Shown here piece by piece: positions 8,772 to 16,629 of a stretch of DNA of 64,000 nucleotides. Each line of letters opens with the position of its first letter. Position 1 is the stretch's first letter. The stretch comes from an uncultured delta proteobacterium. GTDB lineage: Bacteria; Myxococcota_A; UBA9160; UBA4427. The stretch is taken from assembly GCA_963822965.1 (NCBI GenBank), contig CAWGJT010000008.1, positions 1-64,000 of the forward strand. The letters run 5' to 3'. The notes under the pieces are model-generated. The model was not told the DNA's origin and did no database searches. It was given only the letters and a program-made list of their open reading frames with translations. Made by a program: the position numbers and the translations under genes.

Positions 8772-9009
8772 CGCTCTCTCCTGGAAACGGTTGGTGTGTT
8801 AGTGCTTCCAACCAGCCTACTCCGAGTGGAGTAGGCACAGGAGGGGGCCTGGATGAGGATCAAGGGCTTGCAGCTGACACCAGCCAGCTGGGCGTTATGG
8901 CCTCTGGTAGCCTTCTGGCGTTGAACATGTGTGGCTTCGGCGGGGCCCGTCAGCGCTGGCTGGTGCAGCTGAAGCCCGATCCGTTATACGGCGAGCGCGA
9001 GGTTGCTGA

Positions 9010-9399
9010 GTGCAGGCCCACGGCAAACCATTCGCCCCGGAGTTCGATGCCGCGCTCGATCTTTGGCACTCAGGCGATCCCGAATCCGCAATCGCGCAGC
9101 TAGAGGCCCTCGCCATCAAGTACCCCAACGAGGCGGCCATCCACGGAATGCTCGGTGGCTACCTGTACGAACAAGGCGGTCTCGCGGAGGCTCGTCCCCA
9201 CACGCACTTGGCCGTCCAGCTGTCACCGAAGTCCGAGCTTGCCGCGAGGTGGCACTTTCACGTTCTCTATGATCAGGGCCTCGTTGCCGAAGCCCGCGAA
9301 GAGCTGAAGCGATTCCACTCGATCACAGAGATCGAAGAATTCCGGCGTGAGTGGTCCAACCTGATACGCCAGGTCGAACGGCAGCTCAGCGAACCGTAG
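9010..9399 (+). CDS. TPR-like helical repeat protein
   Basis: AIAQLEALAIKYPNEAAIHGMLG..LAVQLSPKSE TPR-like pattern; single-ORF cassette. Confidence 0.65.
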   Translation: MQAHGKPFAPEFDAALDLWHSGDPESAIAQLEALAIKYPNEAAIHGMLGGYLYEQGGLAEARPHTHLAVQLSPKSELAARWHFHVLYDQGLVAEAREELKRFHSITEIEEFRREWSNLIRQVERQLSEP

Positions 9400-9410
9400 T
9401 AGCAATCGCC

Positions 9411-9541
9411 GTATAACAAGAATTTGCAGCGGACTTGCTCACGCTTGAGGCCTGGCGGAGCGTGATAGAATCGCGGCATCCGAGGTGTTCACTGGCTGCG
9501 TGCTAGGTCGCCGCAAGCCGCTGAACGCCGATCCATTGGGC
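9411..9541 (+). repeat. attC site 5 (R' mutated GTT>ATT)
   Basis: GTATAAC 9411-9417 ... GCCGCTGAACGCCGATCC ATTGGGC. Confidence 0.85.
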
Positions 9542-9567
9542 GGCAACGAGACCTTTCGGAGGTTCCC

Positions 9568-9951
9568 GTGATCTACGTACGAAGCACCGACAAGTCGGTT
9601 GAGGAGGCTGCGTCCGCTGTCGAGGCGTCGGTCCAGCGGCACGGTTTCGGCGTTCTCCACACGTACGATTTCACGGCAACTCTGCGTGCGAAGGGGTTTG
9701 ATCTTCCGAACGAGTGCCGCGTTCTCGAGGTTTGCAACCCAAAGCAAGCGTTCGAGATCCTGCGAAACGACATGCGCGTAAACATGGCGCTGCCATGTCG
9801 TATATCCGTGTATGAAGACTCCGGCCAGACGAAGATCGGAATGATCCGGCCGACCGCTCTCTTGGGGCTTGTCTCTCAATCTGGCGAACTCGGCAAGGCG
9901 GCCGAAGAGGTCGAACGGACGGTTGCCGCGATCATCGAGGAGTCGATCTGA
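9568..9951 (+). CDS. DUF302 domain protein
   Basis: GFGVL, VLEVCNP, ALPCRISVYE, IGMIRPT. Confidence 0.88.
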   Translation: MIYVRSTDKSVEEAASAVEASVQRHGFGVLHTYDFTATLRAKGFDLPNECRVLEVCNPKQAFEILRNDMRVNMALPCRISVYEDSGQTKIGMIRPTALLGLVSQSGELGKAAEEVERTVAAIIEESI

Positions 9952-9987
9952 AGCGGGTTGCAGTGCGCAAGCTTCGCGCGTGTTGCC

Positions 9988-10040
9988 GCCCAAGAAGGCG
10001 CTGCAGCTGACGTGGCGCAGCGCATTTCAATCGAGGGGAC
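9988..10040 (+). repeat. attC site 6, left half (R'' AAC>AAG); remainder lost at the IS remnant
   Basis: GCCCAAG AAGGCGCTGCAGCTGACG; GTTGCCGCCCAA complements the cassette start TTGGGCGGCAAC. Confidence 0.75.
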
Positions 10041-10044
10041 CGCC

Positions 10045-10379
10045 GCACGAACTCGAGCAACGAACGGGCATCGGTGCGGTCGGGCTTCGACGTCTGAGCT
10101 GGGCTCGGGCGAAGTCCTTGGTGGTGCGTGGGTTGGCGACCCTGACCTCGACGTCGGCTGTCTGCGTCAGAAGGAGGCACAGATCCAGGTGATCGATCCC
10201 GGTGGCTTCGACGCAGACCCGCGCCCTTCGCTTGCCGCGCGTCAGTCGTCGGACGAGCTCTCGATGCCCCGCCGGGTCGTTGCGGAAGACCCTCTCCCAG
10301 AGGCGCCCCGTCCCGGATCGATGGCGACGCTGAAGTCCTTGGCGCTCACGTCCACGCCGCACAGCAAGTGCTTCGTCAT
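10045..10379 (-). pseudogene. IS110 transposase N-terminal (DEDD) fragment with frameshifts
   Basis: CGVDVSAK / VCVEATG / VANPR / SKPDRTDA spread over three frames; C-terminal domain missing. Confidence 0.85.
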
Positions 10380-10424
10380 GGGCCTTCTCGATGGTAGTCT
10401 GACACCCGGGTCCCCCGACCCTGT

Positions 10425-10595
10425 ACCGTTGCCTACCGACCTTGTAGATGCAGGCTCACTGGGCCTCAGATACTCCACGGCATGGGCAAAGAGGGCGGGA
10501 GATCCATCTAACGGACAGGCTCGGGCCTCAGGCAGCAACGATCTCCCCGGGTGAAACACGAGCATCGCCCGTGCGCATACCGTGCCGGGCGATAT
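10425..10595 (-). ncRNA. Putative IS621-type bridge RNA
   Basis: Minus strand: 5' hairpin, TTGCTGCCT-hairpin-CCGTTAG-ATGG (target loop), GGAGTATCT-hairpin-TACAAG (donor loop). Confidence 0.75.
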
Positions 10596-10612
10596 ACAAG
10601 GTGGCGGCGGGT

Positions 10613-11041
10613 GTGACGAATCGCGAGCGGGTTGCCTTCGGCTGCTATCTCGCTCCCGCAATGACGCTTCTGGCGTTCGGGATTCGCTACCTGACCGCCT
10701 CGGAGTTCATGCCCTACCACGCCGCCGCCTTGGGGCGTGGATGGGCAGACCTTCTCCCAAACGAACAAGGAGTCATGTTGGCAGCCCTACGCGGTGGGGG
10801 CGGCGGTTTTCTCATCGGCTCCGTTTCCATCATCTTGCTTCTCGCCATTCCGTTCCGCAGAGGGGAGCTCTGGGCGCATCGTGCCCTACCCGCACTGGTT
10901 CTCCTATGTGCTCTTTCCGCTCTCTTCACATCCCTCACCCTCGCGCGGCTCACCCCAGCGTCCCCGCCATGGCCCCTTGCTCTCGTGATGGTCGGGCTCG
11001 CAGCCGTTGGGTTTTTCTTGGCGCCCGGACGGGCCCGCTAG
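10613..11041 (+). CDS. Four-TM membrane protein
   Basis: FMPYHAAALG..W motif and hydrophobic helices; cassette cargo. Confidence 0.7.
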   Translation: MTNRERVAFGCYLAPAMTLLAFGIRYLTASEFMPYHAAALGRGWADLLPNEQGVMLAALRGGGGGFLIGSVSIILLLAIPFRRGELWAHRALPALVLLCALSALFTSLTLARLTPASPPWPLALVMVGLAAVGFFLAPGRAR

Positions 11042-11056
11042 CTCCAGCGCGCCGCC

Positions 11057-11260
11057 ACCTAACGAGCGGCGGCACCTGACCGGGCCACGCTTGGAGTTCG
11101 GAGTGCTGCCGGAGGGCGCGGTGCTCACGCAACGGGTGAGGCTCGCGCAAACGCTTTCGCCAAGCGCCCCACGCAAGGCAGACGACGACGAAAGGACGCT
11201 GATCTTGGTTCGGACGTCCCGCATTCGCCGCCAGGTGCCCGAGAGGCCCGCCCGTTGGAA
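11057..11260 (+). repeat. attC site 7 (long, right end degenerate)
   Basis: ACCTAAC 11057-11063; GGCACCTG pairs with CAGGTGCC ~11232. Confidence 0.55.
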
Positions 11261-11274
11261 GGGGCTCGTCCGTT

Positions 11275-11349
11275 CACGTGGCGCGAGCCTTCGCGAAGGA
11301 GGTCGCAACCGTTTTCCTCGAGATGCCGAACCAGATCGCGCCGCTTCAC
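11275..11349 (-). pseudogene. hicA: Truncated HicA toxin
   Basis: GTG overlapping the hicB stop; VKRRDLVRHLEENGCDLLREGSRH, after which similarity is lost in attC sequence. Confidence 0.7.
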
Positions 11350-11570
11350 CCGGCGGCGATCTTCAAAAGCTCGCGAATGACGTCGCCCTCGCCGGCTTCC
11401 TCCCTGGCTAGCGCCCGGTTCGCCTCGAGCACGAGTTCTACTGCCTCGCGAAGATTCTCCCGGGTCTCCTCGATCGTGGCTCCCTGCGTGTTCGCACCGG
11501 GAAGCTCCTCGACGAAGCCGATGTAGCCCTCCGGGACCTTCTTGAACACGGCCGTGAGCGCCATCTCCAT
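11346..11570 (-). CDS. hicB: HicB-family antitoxin
   Basis: GYIGFVEELPGANTQGATIEETRENLREAVELVLE. Confidence 0.9.
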   Translation of the reverse strand: MEMALTAVFKKVPEGYIGFVEELPGANTQGATIEETRENLREAVELVLEANRALAREEAGEGDVIRELLKIAAG

Positions 11571-11601
11571 TTGCTCTTCTCCCAGAAACCGGGGGTCTGC
11601 C

Positions 11602-11736
11602 GGCCAACAAGGCGCTACAGGAGACGTCCAACAGCGCAGTCCAATTGCGGTTTGGTAGCCTTCTCGCGTCAACCTTGGGCGCCTGGGTCGCCTCGGAGGC
11701 TCTGTCGGCCGCAGCCGAGCGCCCAGTCCGTCGCAG
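11602..11736 (+). repeat. attC site 8 (degenerate)
   Basis: GGCCAAC AAGGCGCTACAG ... GCAGCCGAGCGCCCAGTCCGTC. Confidence 0.6.
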
Positions 11737-11822
11737 GTGTGCGGGACGTGAAACCAGCGGCGGAGATCGTGGCAGAGCTCACATCGGGGGCAGAGCGATT
11801 GCTTGCGCAGGCGGCCGTCTGA
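11725..11822 (+). pseudogene. C-terminal remnant resembling nitronate monooxygenase
   Basis: QSVAGVRDVKPAAEIVAELTSGAE. Confidence 0.4.
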
Positions 11823-11834
11823 CTCGGTGTCCCA

Positions 11835-11938
11835 GCCGCCGCGCCACAGCGCTCTCCAAGCGACATCGGGTGGCTTCTTGGTCCTGCGAGCCTGGGTTCG
11901 CGACGCCTGACGAGCGTTTGAACGCCGATCCGTTGGAC
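11835..11938 (+). repeat. attC site 9 (left half degenerate)
   Basis: TGAACGCCGATCC GTTGGAC 11932-11938. Confidence 0.65.
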
Positions 11939-11948
11939 GGCAGGGGTT

Positions 11949-12332
11949 GTATCCATTACGTCCGCTCGCTTCGACGAGATTCGCGACCTCGAGCTGGCTT
12001 GCCTCGACCCTGAGGTTCGTGCCGACGCGAGTCGGCTCGCCGCCTTCCTGGCCGATGAATTCGTCGAGTTCGGGAGCTCTGGGCGCGTATGGGACAAGGC
12101 CGCCGTACTCGAGGCGGTGCCCGCGGAATCGGGTCTGACCTTTCGTCTCTCCGACTTCGCGGCCAACGAGATCGGTCCGAACCTCGTGCACACCACCTTT
12201 CGGATCGCGGTTCGCGACTCAGGCGCGAGCTCCGAGCGCCACTCACTGCGAAGCTCGCTCTGGATCCTTCGGTCTGCTCGGTGGCAGATGCTCTTCCACC
12301 AGGCAACACCCTGTGACGCGCCCGCCGGCTGA
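11949..12332 (+). CDS. DUF4440/NTF2-like protein (canonical start codon apparently lost)
   Basis: LDPEVRAD..LADEFVEFGSSGRVW...RSSLW..WQMLFHQAT, in frame upstream of the listed ORF 12117. Confidence 0.75.
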   Translation, partial: VSITSARFDEIRDLELACLDPEVRADASRLAAFLADEFVEFGSSGRVWDKAAVLEAVPAESGLTFRLSDFAANEIGPNLVHTTFRIAVRDSGASSERHSLRSSLWILRSARWQMLFHQATPCDAPAG

Positions 12333-12344
12333 TATCGGCGCCGG

Positions 12345-12374
12345 TGCCGACCGCTGAACGCCAATCCTTTGGGC
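12345..12374 (+). repeat. attC site 10 remnant (right half only)
   Basis: CCGCTGAACGCCAATCC TTTGGGC. Confidence 0.55.
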
Positions 12375-12381
12375 GGCGCGA

Positions 12382-12759
12382 TCAGTAGGGCAGGTCGGCG
12401 AGATCGACTCCGATATGGTCCGGCTCCGGGTCGACCGCGAATCGCTTCGCCTCGATCCACTCCTTCCCTTCGAGTGCCACCTTCAGGATTCGATGCATTC
12501 CGTCCATGACCCGGCCATCCTGGCCCAGCAGGATCGGATAGGACAGGTCGGCATCAAGAACGAGGCGCATGTGTTCGAGCACGGCTCGGCATGTCGGCGG
12601 GTTGCGGTCGTCTCCGAACCACCTCACCTCGTCGAGGTCCCGAATCTCCGAGAGCGGCACCTGCTCGATGGGCAGGTCGGAGGCCAACTCCACCAAACGA
12701 TCCACATCCCACACGCGAAGACCCTCTTCGGAGGGCACCGGGTGATACTGCTTGCGCAT
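12382..12759 (-). CDS. ParB/Srx-like domain protein
   Basis: DLSYPILL..GRVMDGMHR motif. Confidence 0.7.
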   Translation of the reverse strand: MRKQYHPVPSEEGLRVWDVDRLVELASDLPIEQVPLSEIRDLDEVRWFGDDRNPPTCRAVLEHMRLVLDADLSYPILLGQDGRVMDGMHRILKVALEGKEWIEAKRFAVDPEPDHIGVDLADLPY

Positions 12760-12929
12760 GGGGCCAACGGTAGCGCGCACTTGTCCAGCATTGGGCCTAC
12801 GGCCGACCACCGAGCCACACGACAAGACATCGCAGTGGCCGCGCTGAGGAGCGACCACCCACCCAGGCCACCTCCTCGAGCGGTCTCAGCTCGATCTCGG
12901 ATATCGGTTGGTGGTTGGCTGAGGTCGCC

Positions 12930-13066
12930 GCTCGACAAGGCGCAACAGCCGATCGTCAGGGCTCCGTTCCAATCGAGTCCCGCTACCCTCCAGCGTCGAA
13001 CCGCAGCGCTCTGCTCTCCTCTGGGCCGCGGCCCTTGCCGGCAGCCGAGTGCCCGGTCCGTCCGGC
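12930..13066 (+). repeat. attC site 11 (degenerate)
   Basis: GCTCGACAAGGCGCAACAGCCG ... GCAGCCGAGTGCCCGGTCCGTC. Confidence 0.5.
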
Positions 13067-13092
13067 CACGGGGAATGAAGGATCGCGGGCTC

Positions 13093-13773
13093 ATGAAATG
13101 CCAGACGCGAGTCATCCTGATCGAGGGCCTTCCTGGCTCGGGGAAGACCTCACTGGCCGAGTGGCTGAGCGTGCGAATCGAGGACGAGGGCGTCAGCGCG
13201 TCCTGGATCCCGGAGCTACAGCGCGACCACCCTGTCATCGACCGCCGCACCATGCGAACCGCCAAGACTCGGGGCTATGCGGATCGATGCGTCAAACGCT
13301 GGGAGGCCTTTGCGAAAACGGCGCAGGCACTCGGAAAGCCGGGCGTCGTCATACTCGAAGGTTGCCTGTTCCAGAGCACCGTACGCTTCCTGATCGAATA
13401 CGAGCGGCCAGACCACGAAATCAATGCATACCTTCCTCGTGTCGAAGGATGCCTCGCTCCGCTTCGTCCCCACCTGATCTATCTCACTCAGACGGACGTG
13501 GCCGCGTATCTGAAGGGCGAGATCGTGCGTCGAAAGGGCGAAGAGATCGTCTCGCGGATCGCAACGTACTCCGCGACGACGCCCTTCTCGGTAGGTCGAG
13601 GTCTGCGGGGTTCAGCGGCCCTGGTTTCCCTCTACACCTCCTATCGCCGCGTGTGCGATGGCCTGGTCCGGCGCTCGCGGCTCCCGCTGCTCGAGGTCGA
13701 TACAGTCCGGTATGGCGAGACATCGGTCCGCGACCAGGTCTGGCCCTGGGTGGCTGGCGCAATCGCCGGATAG
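13093..13773 (+). CDS. P-loop kinase-like protein
   Basis: ILIEGLPGSGKTS Walker A. Confidence 0.8.
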   Translation: MKCQTRVILIEGLPGSGKTSLAEWLSVRIEDEGVSASWIPELQRDHPVIDRRTMRTAKTRGYADRCVKRWEAFAKTAQALGKPGVVILEGCLFQSTVRFLIEYERPDHEINAYLPRVEGCLAPLRPHLIYLTQTDVAAYLKGEIVRRKGEEIVSRIATYSATTPFSVGRGLRGSAALVSLYTSYRRVCDGLVRRSRLPLLEVDTVRYGETSVRDQVWPWVAGAIAG

Positions 13774-13824
13774 CGTTGCACGCGCTGCCCCTCGCGACGT
13801 CGCCGACGGGCATCGCCCGGTACT

Positions 13825-13950
13825 GACCCGGAAGCGGCCGACAGCCAATGGGAGCTCGGTTCGATTGACCCCGGTTGGCATCTGGCCGCATACTGTGGCG
13901 GCGGGTCGGCTCCGGTCAGCACCGTCGCTGGCCGCTGAACGCCGCGGCAG
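13825..13950 (+). repeat. attC site 12 (degenerate)
   Basis: Ends GCTGGCCGCTGAACGCCG; shares internal sequence with 15890-16020. Confidence 0.5.
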
Positions 13951-13999
13951 GCGGCGACGGGAGCCGAGCGCTCCACCGACCCGAGGCGGGAGAATCCGG

Positions 14000-14686
14000 C
14001 TGACACCCGAGAGTCGAGTCACCAATGCGTCGGAGCGAGTACGATCAGTCATCGGTCGCTTGATCGAAGATGGCTCGATCGTCGCAGATAAGGACGGGTC
14101 GAAGCACGATGTCCGCACCGTCTCGATCAGCCCTGGCGAGGGGGAAGCCCTCAGCCGGTGGGTCCTTCGGGAGAACGCCGCCAGGACGATCGAGATCGGG
14201 TTGGCCTACGGGTTCTCCACGCTCCACATATGCGACGGCTTGCTCCGATCCGGCCATCGCGACCCGAAACATGTGGCCCTGGATCCGTTCCAGGCGGGAC
14301 GATTCGCCAACTGTGGCCTGCAGGTGCTCGAGGAAGCGGGTGTGGGTTCCTTTCTGGAGTATCACGGCGAGATGTCTCAGCTCGCGCTCCCGAGCTTCGT
14401 CAAAGAGGGCCGACACTTCGACCTGGCCTTCGTCGACGGGAATCATCGCTTCGACTCCGTTTTCCTCGATCTGTTCTATCTGGGCCGCCTGCTGCCCAAA
14501 GGCGGAGTCGTGATCCTCGACGACTACGACCTCGCAGGCATTCATCGTGCGGTCTCCTTCTTCCTGACGAACCTGAACTGGTCCGTGGAGGAGATCGCGC
14601 CCGAACACGACCCCCACCACTGGGTCGTACTGCGCACCGCTACCACAGACGACGACAGGGACTTCCGCTACTTCGTGGACTTCTGA
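14000..14686 (+). CDS. Class I SAM-dependent methyltransferase (Methyltransf_24-like); start uncertain
   Basis: IEIGLAYGFS, FDLAFVDGNHRFD, ILDD. Confidence 0.85.
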   Translation: MTPESRVTNASERVRSVIGRLIEDGSIVADKDGSKHDVRTVSISPGEGEALSRWVLRENAARTIEIGLAYGFSTLHICDGLLRSGHRDPKHVALDPFQAGRFANCGLQVLEEAGVGSFLEYHGEMSQLALPSFVKEGRHFDLAFVDGNHRFDSVFLDLFYLGRLLPKGGVVILDDYDLAGIHRAVSFFLTNLNWSVEEIAPEHDPHHWVVLRTATTDDDRDFRYFVDF

Positions 14687-14691
14687 GCGTC

Positions 14692-14763
14692 GTGAGCCGC
14701 AAGGGTTCTGACAGATGACGTTGACGCTCTGCGCCGTCACGGCTGAATCCCGATCCGCTGGGC
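14692..14763 (+). repeat. attC site 13 (short, degenerate)
   Basis: CGGCTGAATCCCGATCC GCTGGGC. Confidence 0.5.
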
Positions 14764-14789
14764 GACGACTCTGACGGGGGCATCATCGT

Positions 14790-15164
14790 GTGAACCGACT
14801 GCGTGGCACAGTCGTCTCCGGCCGCGGCGACTTCTCCTACTGGATGGAGAAGCTCGCGGATCACTACGAGCGCAAGACGGGCGTCTCGCTGTACCCGGGC
14901 ACACTCAATCTCGCGCTCGATGCGCCCTGGCGCGTACCCCCGAATCCCATTCGTCTCGAGGCACGCGAGTACGGTGGTCGGGTCTCGGTAAGCATCGTGC
15001 CCTGCGAGATTCTCGGGATGCAGGCCTTCATCCTCCGGACCGATCAGAATGAAGCGGGAACGGGTGCGCATCCGCTCAACATCATCGAGATCGCAGCACA
15101 GGTGAGACTGAGAGACGCGTTCTCTCTCGCAGACGGGGACATCGTCGAAGTCCAGGTCGCGTAG
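14790..15164 (+). CDS. CTP-dependent riboflavin kinase-like (DUF120) protein
   Basis: GTVVSGRG, YPGTLN, IIEIAA..LRD.F.LADGD. Confidence 0.8.
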   Translation: MNRLRGTVVSGRGDFSYWMEKLADHYERKTGVSLYPGTLNLALDAPWRVPPNPIRLEAREYGGRVSVSIVPCEILGMQAFILRTDQNEAGTGAHPLNIIEIAAQVRLRDAFSLADGDIVEVQVA

Positions 15165-15188
15165 CCTCGTGGAGAAGCGGAGAGACGC

Positions 15189-15323
15189 AGCCGAAAGAAG
15201 CGGTTGAAGCGGACACCCAACGGATCGCTTCAATCGATTCGTGGTACATTTCCGGCGGTGAGTGTCGCGCCCCAGCGGGGGTGGTCCGCGTTCGGGTGCG
15301 GCTCTGGACCCCAAGCGTTGGGC
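15189..15323 (+). repeat. attC site 14 (degenerate R'')
   Basis: GCCGAAAGAAGCGGTTGAAGCGGAC ... GTTGGGC 15317-15323. Confidence 0.6.
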
Positions 15324-15343
15324 GGTGGGAGACCGGCGAGCCA

Positions 15344-15874
15344 ATGACGCTCTCGCAACTCGCAGACATCGGAGAGCTGCTCGGTGGGATCGCTGTCGTT
15401 GCGTCTCTCGTCTACCTGGCCGTTCAGATCCGCCAGAACACTCGGACCGTCAGGGGCTCTACCCTTCACCAGAATACGGATCTCTGGACCTCGATGTTCC
15501 TCCGGATCGCCGAGCCGGGCACCGCGCAAGCGTACGTGGCTGGAATGAGCGCGAGCCCGGACATCAGGCCGCTGCACTACACGCAGTTCTTCTTCATCTG
15601 CAGAGCGATGTTCCTGGGATTCGAGAATCAGTACTACCAGATGCGTCAGGGAGTGCTCGATCTCGAAACCTACGCGGCATACCAGCGATCCATCTCTACG
15701 CAGTTCCTTGCGTTCCGGGGATTTCGCGTCTGGTGGCAGCAGAGCCGATCGGTGTTCTCACCCTCCTTCGTCGAGCACGTCGATGGCATGATCGCGAATG
15801 TGCAGGAAGCAGATCCCGGCCTGTTCCTGCGCGAATGGCAGGAGATCGCCCGCCAGAAGGCGTCGGCCGCCTGA
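15344..15874 (+). CDS. Hypothetical single-TM protein
   Basis: IGELLGGIAVVASLVYLAVQIRQNT N-terminus of a common uncharacterised family. Confidence 0.8.
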   Translation: MTLSQLADIGELLGGIAVVASLVYLAVQIRQNTRTVRGSTLHQNTDLWTSMFLRIAEPGTAQAYVAGMSASPDIRPLHYTQFFFICRAMFLGFENQYYQMRQGVLDLETYAAYQRSISTQFLAFRGFRVWWQQSRSVFSPSFVEHVDGMIANVQEADPGLFLREWQEIARQKASAA

Positions 15875-15889
15875 CGGCCATCGGGATCC

Positions 15890-16020
15890 CGGGATTCGAT
15901 CGACAGTGACGGCCCACCGGGCTCGATTGACCTGGGTTGCCGCCCGGCGGCATACTCGTCTCGGCAGGATCGGCTCCGGTCAGCACTGCTGCTGGCCGCT
16001 GGAACGTCGATCTGTGGGCG
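15890..16020 (+). repeat. attC site 15 (degenerate)
   Basis: GCTGGCCGCTGGAACGTCGATCTGTGGGCGG. Confidence 0.5.
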
Positions 16021-16027
16021 GCGAAAC

Positions 16028-16511
16028 GTGAACGAGTCCTCGCTCCTGCAAACCACCGCCGAAGTGTCGGTGGCATTCACGGGATTCATCGGGATATTCC
16101 TGGTCCTCGCCGCAAGAGATGGTCGGTTCCCGCCCGGGGACTCGTTCGTGATCACGATTGATCGTGATCTGCAGCATCGGCCCCGTCTTCTTCGCGGTGG
16201 TTCCTCTGGTCCTGAACGGCTTGTGGCTCTCAGGGGCGCCGCTATGGCGTCTCTCGAGCGCTACGATCGGGTTGACCGAGGTCGTGGTGATCACACATCT
16301 GGTGCGCCAGGTTCGTTCGCTCGAAAGCGGCGAAGGACGCGCCCTGAACTACGGATTCGTGCTCTGGCTCGTCGCCACCGCCTCCTGTCTTGCGAACGTG
16401 GTCGGCTGGCCCTGGAGTCCCAATGGAGGCCTGTATCTGCTGGCTGTCTGGTCGATCGTCGGGATCGCCGGGGGAAACTTCGTGGAGCTGCTCTTCCGAA
16501 AGATCCTATGA
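16028..16511 (+). pseudogene. Membrane protein with a frameshift near 16157
   Basis: AEVSVAFTGFIGI frame continues as IVICSIGPVFF in a different frame. Confidence 0.6.
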
Positions 16512-16629
16512 GCTCTCCGCCCGACGCCGATCGAAGATCGTCGGGGCAGGACCGCATGCACTTCCTTCGAAGCGCAGTCGTTCGCGAGACGACGCAGCCC
16601 GGTCGATAGGATTGGCGTTGCTCTCCATC

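Larger units (their letters stand above)
7201..8862 (-). mobile_element. IS110-family (IS1111-type) element, copy B (relative of A), inserted in attC
   Basis: CA core at 7201-7202 and 8861-8862; IR CAGGCCCCC 7208-7216 / GGGGGCCTG 8843-8851; same insertion position and orientation as A. Confidence 0.92.
7195..8989 (+). repeat. attC site 4, split by IS copy B
   Basis: The empty site is GCCCAACAAGGGCTTGCAGCTG ... CAGCTGAAGCCCGATCC GTTATAC (8983-8989). Confidence 0.88.
10045..10600 (-). mobile_element. Truncated IS110-group (IS621-like, upstream NCR) element D inserted at an attC R' site
   Basis: The left end on the minus strand is CT-TGTATA at 10600, with the NCR upstream of the transposase fragment. 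The right flank AGGTGGCGGC complements the next R'' GCCGCCACCTAAC. Confidence 0.8.
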
